Below are positions 29,101-36,426 of a stretch of 64,000 bases of DNA, piece by piece (positions within the stretch are counted from its first letter, which is position 1; each line of letters opens with the position of its first letter). The notes beneath the pieces are model-generated. The model was not told the DNA's origin. It did no database searches and was given only the letters and a program-made list of their open reading frames with translations. The stretch is taken from the NCBI GenBank assembly GCA_965220325.1, contig OZ244821.1:1331820-1395819 (forward strand). Reading direction: 5' to 3'. A program made the position numbers and the translations under genes. Source of the DNA: Candidatus Poribacteria bacterium (GTDB lineage Bacteria > Poribacteria > WGA-4E > WGA-3G).

Positions 29101-29257
29101 CGGACATCAACCCGTGGGTGTGTATCAGACCCGCAGCCGTGCGGCGTATTGGGATGGTAAAAACGCATTCGGCGAACCCGTGGCGAGTGGTGTCTATTTT
29201 TACACACTCACAGCAGGCGACTTCACCGCAACCCGCAAGCTGTTAATACGGAAGTAA
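26192..29257 (+). CDS. Secreted surface protein: LRR, cadherin, jelly roll, 2 novel ~100-aa modules, T9SS-type C-terminal domain
   Basis: Signal peptide. About 7 LRRs of 24 residues (LTxLxLxxNxLTSLPSGIFDNLTT). One cadherin repeat (APVFTDG...DADND...LDYE). A jelly roll (GSDDSIKVWLNGSVVY...NAGNNLLLIKV). Two PLTEATL... modules. Tail: NFPNPFNPETWIPY...SGVYFYTLTAGDFTATRKLLIRK. Confidence 0.8.
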   Translation: MMKSLFGNGKSIVSILAILIFVLGIDVTGYALPVSQRTPQVRDAIVAAVPGVNNANNVTTAHLAAITYLDLSGPYQGRNISLKAGDLDGLTVLTSLTLRKNGLTSLPSGIFDDLTTLTDLDLTANELTSLPSGIFENLTTLTHLNLGSNDLTALPSNIFDNLIKLTHLYIDHNDLTSIPAGIFDNLTTLTHFSLHDNGITSLPADIFKNLTKLLIFSLRSNKIDDVSELESLTSLTTLYIDHNPISDYGPLRRLKAAIEAIEDHPGLTLDITIPPEATNTAPVFTDGTSTTRTIAENTASGEHIGTAITATDADNDTLTYTLSGTDATAFEIDATTGQLKTKAVLDYETKAIYTVTVTVSDGSLTDTITVTINITNINELSTTTASCKVGDVLKPGQSCTYPGTDAVFSVLGNGTAQWHIPNLPAWLEWINQTPVSRSLRVSTTVNGQAYHFVAEQVGTSWEIKEIGDDKSDPQPETPEVPEPPIVTEKSIESDYDYIEGPWLWMIAPGGDIDTDNLSEASEGVITEPQIAQNGVNEGDHFDTLQWTSGRLLPTTVCGIFLCSSDNVINVVREIGLTNSRQLSQYSAYALINISSPRDQNDVLMGVGSDDSIKVWLNGSVVYKNDVTRRTKGIQNHFPVNLNAGNNLLLIKVCNHGTLISNNDWGMFFKIYLDTQDYALSIPMGDGNNWQPVTPEVPETPEQPQQLGNTGGTPTLTPSTAAPLTEATLHSSIVTLTLSGGTYESSSWRIREAVTVSGITGVTVDTFDVDRVNDIKITVELTYAGNINSNGTLTFTVDSDGIKDYDGAALTAQIQVTANTESVAASTPSPLKEATLDGSVVTLTLSGAKYAESIWDIREAVSVSGIDGVTIPWHQPRRKSDTQITIELEFDGDMTTDGTLTFTVGADAIAGYNAALTAQVTVTADRENILLANFPNPFNPETWIPYQLAKPADVTLTIYAVNGQVVRTLALGHQPVGVYQTRSRAAYWDGKNAFGEPVASGVYFYTLTAGDFTATRKLLIRK

Positions 29258-29295
29258 GTTTCTATCAAACCTAAAAAAATAAGGTGCGCGAACCT

Positions 29296-31050
29296 ATGAA
29301 CCGAAAAATCGTAGTCTCAATTTTAGCAACTGTTTTCCTCGGTACATTGCTTACCATTATCGGCTGTGGCTTGTTTGACAACAACAGCCAGCCAGAAATT
29401 GAACCAATAACTGATAAAACGCTTGATGTAGGAGATGAAACAACAGTGGATATCAACATCACCGATGCTGATGTTGACGACACACATATCATCAATGCGT
29501 TTTCTGACAACATAAACGTTGCTGCCGTTTCAGTAAACGATACATCTATTACCATCACAGGTAAAGCAGCGGGGGTGACAGCCATCACAGTTACCGTCAT
29601 AGACGACAGTGATCAGGAAAACAACACCTCAATACCCGTAACGTTTCAGGTTATTGTCAATGAACCCCCACCTATAGAAATAGATCCACTGGAAGATGAC
29701 AACTATGATCATATAGAAGGCCCCTGGCTCTGGATGATTACACCCGGTGGACATATAGATGTTGATAATCTCTCTAAAACAAGTGACGGTGTTATTACGG
29801 AGACACAGATTGCTCGAAAAGGTGTAAATGAAGGGAATCACTTTGATACGCTGCAATGGACAAGTGGACGTTTACTTCCTACCACCGTTTGCGGTATTTT
29901 CTTATGTTCCTCAGATAATGTCATCAACGTCGTTAGAGAGATTGGACTTACCAATAGCTATAATCTCAGTCAATATTCTGCTTATGCGTTGATTAACATT
30001 TTCTCTCCACATGATCAAAACGATGTTTTGATGGGCGTAGGGAGCGATGATTCTATCAAAGTTTGGTTTAATGGCGCAGTTGTTTACAAAAACAATGCTG
30101 ACAGAAGAACAACAGGGATACAAAACCGGTTCCATGTAGATCTGAATGCTGGTAACAATCTACTGCTCATTAAAGTCAGCAACTTCTTTGGGGATTGGGG
30201 TATGTTTTTTAAAATCTACCTTGACCCAGAAGCGTATACTATATCTCTTCCAGTAGGACATAACAATAACTGGCGACCTGTGACACCTGAACCTCCACAA
30301 CAACCAGAAGAACCACAGCAACCAGAAGAACCACAGCAACCAGAAGAACCACAGCAACCAGAAGAACCACAGCAACCAGAAGAACCACAGCAACCAGAAG
30401 AATCTTTTCCAATTACCATCAGTGAAATCATGTATGGTTCTGAAGCGCGGTTTTCGCCACCCCAATGGATAGAATTATCCAATACTGGAACAGATCCAGT
30501 GAATATGACTGGATGGAAACTAACGATTCAGAACGTGGACTCGGCGGATTTAACCGGACCCGTGAATGGGACAATTGTCTTTAGAGACGAATTTTGGGGG
30601 GAAGCCCCTAAGATTTGGCCAAACGAAACCCTCCTCATAGTAGCAGATGAAGACGATACTAACTCCGGTGGATTCTTGGAGGAGCAAATATTCGCCCTTA
30701 TGTGGCGAGGCGGATTAAAAATAGGCTTATGGGATACATTTTTGAGTGCAGAGGGATTCTACATAAAGTTGACCGATAAAAATGGCAACTTGGTAGATGA
30801 AGTCGGAAACTACGACGGAAGTAAGACGCTTTGGGATTTACCTTACGGCTTTAACAGAGGTAGAATTTGGGAAGGCAATCGGACATCACTCCTTCGCCGT
30901 TATGCCAATAGTGTTGCCCTTGACGGCAGAAAAAAAGAGAGTTGGGTGTCCGCAGTTGACGCGAATCTCACCGAGGACCAAAAAACCTATTATGGAGATA
31001 AGAACGATGTCAGTTCACCCGGCATCCTCGGCCCAGAAACAGGTGAATAA
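29296..31050 (+). CDS. Lipoprotein: Ig-like domain, jelly roll, (PEEPQQ)6 linker, lamin-tail domain
   Basis: ATG at 29296 with a lipobox-like LLTIIGCG. The jelly roll is near-identical to that of the upstream gene. LTD pattern: ITISEIMYG...PQWIELSNTGTDPVNMTGWKL. No T9SS-type tail. Confidence 0.75.
   Translation: MNRKIVVSILATVFLGTLLTIIGCGLFDNNSQPEIEPITDKTLDVGDETTVDINITDADVDDTHIINAFSDNINVAAVSVNDTSITITGKAAGVTAITVTVIDDSDQENNTSIPVTFQVIVNEPPPIEIDPLEDDNYDHIEGPWLWMITPGGHIDVDNLSKTSDGVITETQIARKGVNEGNHFDTLQWTSGRLLPTTVCGIFLCSSDNVINVVREIGLTNSYNLSQYSAYALINIFSPHDQNDVLMGVGSDDSIKVWFNGAVVYKNNADRRTTGIQNRFHVDLNAGNNLLLIKVSNFFGDWGMFFKIYLDPEAYTISLPVGHNNNWRPVTPEPPQQPEEPQQPEEPQQPEEPQQPEEPQQPEEPQQPEESFPITISEIMYGSEARFSPPQWIELSNTGTDPVNMTGWKLTIQNVDSADLTGPVNGTIVFRDEFWGEAPKIWPNETLLIVADEDDTNSGGFLEEQIFALMWRGGLKIGLWDTFLSAEGFYIKLTDKNGNLVDEVGNYDGSKTLWDLPYGFNRGRIWEGNRTSLLRRYANSVALDGRKKESWVSAVDANLTEDQKTYYGDKNDVSSPGILGPETGE
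30295..30402 (+). repeat. 18-bp tandem repeat x6 encoding (PQQPEE)n
   Basis: CCACAGCAACCAGAAGAA occurs five times perfectly, plus one variant first unit (CCACAACAACCAGAAGAA). Confidence 0.95.
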
Positions 31051-31374
31051 TTCTATAACGCGAGTCCCGTATTTGTACGATGGTTTGGACAATTTGTATC
31101 CTATCAACCCAACCTACAGGATCAATGATAGATGATTGCTACAAGAAATTGTCCAAAGTTTAGTATCGTGTATAGAACCGGAGTTATTTTTGATTGTTTA
31201 GGTTCACGATAGCAAGTATAATATTGTGTTCAATGGGCATATTGAGATCAACAAATATCACACTGTTTTTTCTTCCTTTGTCTATAAGGTGGACAATCCA
31301 CTTGTATGACGTGAAGGAACAAATGTATCCCGCAAAGGCAATCGGGCAATAGAAAAGAATGAAAAGGAGACATT

Positions 31375-34300
31375 ATGAAAATGCTAATCCTGAACCGAAA
31401 AATTATGCTGTCAATCGTCACAGCAATGTTATTAATATACGGAATACAAGGCACAAACTACGCGCAGGCGCAAAACAACGCCCATGAATTGACCCCCGTC
31501 GGCGACCGGACGCAGCAGATCCGCGATATGATTGTTGCCCTGGTGCCGGGCGTAGATTCTGCCAACGATGTGACCGCCGCACATCTCGCTTTAATTACCC
31601 GTCTTAATCTGAGTGATCAGAAAATTACGGCACTGAAATCCGGCGATTTTGACGGATTGTCGGCGTTGCGTTCTCTCTCCTTAGCGAAAAACGCGCTCAG
31701 CAGCCTACCTGCCGACATCTTTTCGGGACTCTCTGCTATGGACAGTCTTGACTTAGGGAGTAACGAACTCAGCAGCCTGCCAGCAGAAATCTTTTCGGGA
31801 CTCTCTGCCATGAATAGACTCAACTTGGCATACAACAACCTGGATAACTTATCAGCAAATACATTCTCCGAGATGTCTTCGTTGACTGGGCTGGACTTAG
31901 GTAATAACGAACTCAGCAGTCTGCCAGCTGGTCTATTTTCCGGACTCCCTTCACTGAATTGGCTCAGCTTGTCTTCCAATCAACTCAGCAGTCTACCTGA
32001 CGGTCTATTTTCCGGACTCCCTTCGTTAAATTCGCTTTACCTCAGTGACAACACCATCAACTTATCTATCACTGTGTCCCTGGAGAAGGTTAGCGGAAAC
32101 CAGTTCAAGGCAATCGCACCTACCGGCGCGCCCTTTAATATGGTGCTGCCGATTGCCGTTACGAATGGGAGCATTGCTGACGGGGTAACTACCATTACAA
32201 TTCCGGCTGGCAGCGCCCAAAGCGGACCCCTCACTGTGATTCCTATCCCCGGTACGACTGCCCATGTCACCGCAAATATTGGAACGTTGCCTGAGCTGCC
32301 GACAAGTCATTACGGTTATAGTCTTGTGAAACCGAGCAGCGATGATAACACCCTCAGTTTCGCTCTCGGTTTCCCCAAACCTACAGGCGATTCAAACGTG
32401 AACCATGCCCCGATTTTTACAGAGGGGAGCAGCACGACACGCTCTATAGCGGAGAACACGCCGGCTGGAAAAAACATCGGCAGCCCCGTCACCGCTACAG
32501 ATGAAGATGAAGATGTCCTGACCTATAGTCTCAGTGGGGCAGATGCAGTGTCCTTCAGCATCGTCAGCACCACAGGACAATTACAAACGCATGCACCGCT
32601 TGACTATGAAGAAAAGAACACCTATGCCGTTACTGTCACCGTCTCCGATGGCAGTGCCACTGACACCATCAGTGTCACGATTGATGTCACGGACGTAAAT
32701 GAGAACAATGCACCCGTTTTCGTAGAAGGTAGCAACACAACGCGATCCATAGCAGAAAACACGCCGGCTGGAACAAAAATCGGCAGCCCTGTTACAGCCA
32801 GAGATGCAGATGAAGATACTTTAACTTACACCCTCGGCGGCACAGATGCAGCATCCTTTGGTATCGTCAGCACAACCGGGCAACTGCAAACACGCGACCC
32901 ACTTGACTATGAACAGAAGAACACTTACGCTGTCACCGTCCATGTTTCCGATGGCAATGGCGGCACAGATACCATTGCTGTTGCTATCAACGTCACTGAT
33001 GTAAATGAGAACAACGCACCCGTCTTCGTAGAAGGTAACAGCACAACGCGAGCCGTAGCGGAGAACACGCCGGCTGGAAAAAACATCGGCAGCCCCGTCA
33101 CCGCTACAGACGAAGATGAGGATGTCTTAACCTACAGTCTCAGTGGCAAGGATGCAGCATCCTTTGGTATCGTCAGCACGACCGGGCAACTGCAAACACG
33201 GGATCCGCTCGACTATGAACAAAAGAATACCTACGCTGTGACGGTCACCGTCTCTGATGGCAATGGCGGAACAGATACTATTGCCGTTGCTATCAACGTC
33301 ACGGATGTAAATGAGAACAACGCACCCGTTTTCGTAGAAGGTAGCAGCACAACGCGAGCCGTAGCAGAAAACACGCCTGCCGGAACAAACATCGGCAGCC
33401 CCGTCACGGCTACAGACGAAGATGAAGATACTTTAACTTACGCCCTCGGTGGCACGGATGCAGTGGACTTCGGTATCGTCAGTGCCACTGGACAGTTAAG
33501 AACTCGTGCACCCCTCGACTATGAACAGAAGAACGTCTATTCGGTGGCGGTTATTGTCTCCGATGGCAATGGTGGAACGGATACCATCGGTGTCGCTATC
33601 AACGTCACGGACATAGATGAAACACCCACGGCACATGCGCCGGTTTTCGTAGAGGGGAGTGCTACGGAACGCTCTATTCCTGAGAACACACCCGCTGGAA
33701 AAAACATTGGCGGGCCAGTCATCGCTACGGATGAGGATGAAGAAGATGTCTTGACTTACAGCCTTTCAGGTGTAGACGCACCCTCCTTTGGCATCGTCAG
33801 CAACATTGGACAGTTGCAGACGCGCGCACCGCTTGATTATGAACAGAAGAATGCCTATTCGGTAGTAGTTACCGTCTCCGATGGCACACTCACGGATACC
33901 ATCAGTGTTGCTATCAATGTCACGGATGTCGCGGAGAACCGCGCACCTGTGTTCGTTGAAGGGAGTAGCACGACACGCACTATCGCAGAGAACACACCCG
34001 CTGGGGAAAACATCGGCAGTCCTGTTGCAGCTAGAGATGCAGATGAAGATACTTTAACTTATACCCTCGGCGGCACGGATGCAGCGTCCTTTGGCATCGT
34101 CAGCACAACCGGGCAGCTGCAAACACGGGACCCGCTCGACTATGAAGAAGAGAACACCTATGCGGTGACCGTCATCGCCTCTGATGGCAACGGTGGGATA
34201 GACACCATTGCCGTTGCTATCAACGTCACTGATGTAAATGAGAACAGGGCACCTGTGTTTGTGGCCGGTCTCACGAAGCGTTCAGTGTCAGAAAACACAC

Positions 34301-36228
34301 CGGCTGGTGTAAACATCGGTAACCCTGTGGTTGCTAGAGATAAGGATAACGACAAATTGACATACATCCTCGGTGGTATAGATGCAGTGTCCTTCAGCAT
34401 CGTCAGCACCACCGGACAATTGCAAACGCGGGCACCACTGGATTATGAACAGAAGAACGCCTATTCGGTAGTAGTTACCGCCTCCGATGGAATGCTCACG
34501 GATACCATCAATGTGGCTATCAATGTTACCGATGTCAACGAGAACAACGCACCCGTTTTCGCCAGCAGTAGCACAACGCGAACTATCGCGGAAAACACAC
34601 CGGCTGGCAGAAACATCGGCAGCCCTATCACCGCTACGGATGCGGATGGTGATCCTCTGACATATACACTCGGCGGTCCAGATGCAGCAACCTTCAGCAT
34701 CATCAGCACCACCGGACAGTTGCAAACGCGGGCACCGCTGGATTATGAAACGAAGAAGGCTTATGCGGTAACGGTCACCGTCTCTGATGGTAAGGGTGGC
34801 ACAGACATCATCAGCGTGACTATCAATGTCACTGACTTAAACGAAGCGCCGCCGACTGTAGAGGAAGCGCCAGTGACGGTAAACGAAACGCCAGTGACGG
34901 TAAACGAAACGCCGCCGACTGTGGATGTCCCCCCACAACCCGCGCAGATACAGAGCGCCGTCAGCATTAGTGAAATTATGTATGCTGCAGAATCCCGATT
35001 CACACCGCAGCAATGGATAGAATTACACAATGCCAGTTCAGATATAATCAGTCTCAACGGATGGACAGTGACCATCCAAAACAAAAATACATCAGATTTG
35101 ACCGACCCAGAGAATGTGAATGTGACATTCACTTTTGAGGATGATTTCTGGGGGGATGCCCCCACGCTTTGGCCAAATGAGACTGTCCTGATTGTTTCAT
35201 CAGACGTGAGTGATCACGAACACAATACCGACCTTCGTGAAAACCAATTTTACGATCTACGGTGGCGGACAGATTTACCCTTTAGTTTGTGGGACACAAT
35301 GCTGAGTGTAGAAGCATTCTCTATAAAACTGATGGATGGTGATGGAAATTTGGTAGACGAGGCTGGAAACTTTGATGGAAATATTCAACTATGGAAATTT
35401 AATCTGGGGCATAGAGGTAAGACCAAAGATGAATTCCGTAGTTCCGTGATACGCCGTTATCGCGATGGAATCGCACTGGATGGCACCCTAAAAGATAGCT
35501 GGATTCCTGCTGTGTTCGCGAATTTAACAGAAGATCAACTCACCTATGTTGGGGCGGAGACTGACATCAGCACCCCTGGTATCGGGATCGTCATCAACGA
35601 CATCTCTCAACGGAACACAGCATACGATGTTAACAAGGATGGAGTCGTTGATGTCTCCGATCTGGTAATTGTTGCCGGACGGGTCGGTCAATCCGGGCCC
35701 AATATCGCAGACGTTAACGGTGATGGCGTTGTCAATATCCAAGATTTGATACTCGTGGCGGGGGCAATCAGTGAAGCACAAGCGGCACCCTCACTGTATC
35801 CCGCATCACTCGCAATGTTTACCGCTGCCGATATTCGCGGGTGGCTGACCGAAGCACACGGATTAGATTTCAGGGATCCGAAACTCCAAAGCGGCATCCA
35901 CTTCTTAGAACAACTCCTGTTAGTCTTAGTCCCGAAAGAGACAGAACTGCTGCCGAACTATCCAAATCCGTTCAACCCGGAAACGTGGATACCGTATCGG
36001 TTGGCGGAAGATGCTTTCGTCGCGGTGACGATCTACGATCAACGCGGGCGTGTCGTCCGTAGACTCAACGTCGGATACCGGATCGTCGCAGCTTACGAGA
36101 GCCGGTCAAAAGCGATCTATTGGGACGGCAGAAACGAGGTCGGCGACAAGGTCGCCAGTGGAATTTATTTCTACACCCTCACCGCAGGCGACTATTCCGC
36201 CACACGAAAGATGCTAATCGTCAAGTAA
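31375..36228 (+). CDS. Giant surface protein (1617 aa): LRR, 8 cadherin repeats, lamin-tail domain, dockerin-like pair, T9SS-type C-terminal domain
   Basis: Signal peptide. LRRs (LxxLxLxxNxLSSLPAxxFSGL). Eight ~100-aa units (APVFVEG..T.R...ENTPAG.NIG.PV.A.D.DED.LTY.L.G.DA..F.I...TGQLQTR.PLDYE). LTD (SISEIMYA...QQWIELHNAS). Dockerin-like pair: DVNKDGVVDVSDLVIV...DVNGDGVVNIQDLILV. Tail: NYPNPFNPETWIPY...GIYFYTLTAGDYSATRKMLIVK. Confidence 0.85.
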   Translation: MKMLILNRKIMLSIVTAMLLIYGIQGTNYAQAQNNAHELTPVGDRTQQIRDMIVALVPGVDSANDVTAAHLALITRLNLSDQKITALKSGDFDGLSALRSLSLAKNALSSLPADIFSGLSAMDSLDLGSNELSSLPAEIFSGLSAMNRLNLAYNNLDNLSANTFSEMSSLTGLDLGNNELSSLPAGLFSGLPSLNWLSLSSNQLSSLPDGLFSGLPSLNSLYLSDNTINLSITVSLEKVSGNQFKAIAPTGAPFNMVLPIAVTNGSIADGVTTITIPAGSAQSGPLTVIPIPGTTAHVTANIGTLPELPTSHYGYSLVKPSSDDNTLSFALGFPKPTGDSNVNHAPIFTEGSSTTRSIAENTPAGKNIGSPVTATDEDEDVLTYSLSGADAVSFSIVSTTGQLQTHAPLDYEEKNTYAVTVTVSDGSATDTISVTIDVTDVNENNAPVFVEGSNTTRSIAENTPAGTKIGSPVTARDADEDTLTYTLGGTDAASFGIVSTTGQLQTRDPLDYEQKNTYAVTVHVSDGNGGTDTIAVAINVTDVNENNAPVFVEGNSTTRAVAENTPAGKNIGSPVTATDEDEDVLTYSLSGKDAASFGIVSTTGQLQTRDPLDYEQKNTYAVTVTVSDGNGGTDTIAVAINVTDVNENNAPVFVEGSSTTRAVAENTPAGTNIGSPVTATDEDEDTLTYALGGTDAVDFGIVSATGQLRTRAPLDYEQKNVYSVAVIVSDGNGGTDTIGVAINVTDIDETPTAHAPVFVEGSATERSIPENTPAGKNIGGPVIATDEDEEDVLTYSLSGVDAPSFGIVSNIGQLQTRAPLDYEQKNAYSVVVTVSDGTLTDTISVAINVTDVAENRAPVFVEGSSTTRTIAENTPAGENIGSPVAARDADEDTLTYTLGGTDAASFGIVSTTGQLQTRDPLDYEEENTYAVTVIASDGNGGIDTIAVAINVTDVNENRAPVFVAGLTKRSVSENTPAGVNIGNPVVARDKDNDKLTYILGGIDAVSFSIVSTTGQLQTRAPLDYEQKNAYSVVVTASDGMLTDTINVAINVTDVNENNAPVFASSSTTRTIAENTPAGRNIGSPITATDADGDPLTYTLGGPDAATFSIISTTGQLQTRAPLDYETKKAYAVTVTVSDGKGGTDIISVTINVTDLNEAPPTVEEAPVTVNETPVTVNETPPTVDVPPQPAQIQSAVSISEIMYAAESRFTPQQWIELHNASSDIISLNGWTVTIQNKNTSDLTDPENVNVTFTFEDDFWGDAPTLWPNETVLIVSSDVSDHEHNTDLRENQFYDLRWRTDLPFSLWDTMLSVEAFSIKLMDGDGNLVDEAGNFDGNIQLWKFNLGHRGKTKDEFRSSVIRRYRDGIALDGTLKDSWIPAVFANLTEDQLTYVGAETDISTPGIGIVINDISQRNTAYDVNKDGVVDVSDLVIVAGRVGQSGPNIADVNGDGVVNIQDLILVAGAISEAQAAPSLYPASLAMFTAADIRGWLTEAHGLDFRDPKLQSGIHFLEQLLLVLVPKETELLPNYPNPFNPETWIPYRLAEDAFVAVTIYDQRGRVVRRLNVGYRIVAAYESRSKAIYWDGRNEVGDKVASGIYFYTLTAGDYSATRKMLIVK
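32401..34846 (+). repeat. Tandem array of 8 cadherin-repeat coding units (~300 bp each)
   Basis: Units delimited by the recurring ...DVNEN(N/R)APVF(V)EG... junctions. Long near-identical nucleotide runs occur between units. Confidence 0.85.
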
Positions 36229-36426
36229 CATGAGAAGGACAGAACTTATGTAAACAGCTGTGCTTGGATATTTCTGCGGACTTCTTCAAGGGCACCGCCG
36301 TAGGGGTTGGTCACCTAACCCCTACGAAATGTCCACATATTTTTAGATTTTGCTATATATCAAGCTTATGTTTATATAAGTTCAGCCTTTATCAAGAAGA
36401 TATATTGTCCAATACAAAGGGTTAGA

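Noticed and set aside
30160-30482. Antisense ORFs (88 and 101 aa) rich in WFFWLL or CCGSSG repeats
   Set aside because: These are reverse-strand translations of the 18-bp PQQPEE tandem repeat, so they are an artefact of the repeat.
36300-36325. Perfect 9-bp stem hairpin (GTAGGGGTT...AACCCCTAC) after the 1617-aa gene as an intrinsic terminator; likewise hairpins near 40335..40365 and 2957..2976
   Set aside because: None is followed directly by a U-tract. The 36300 hairpin is better explained as part of the intergenic repeat family. Terminator function is possible but unsupported.
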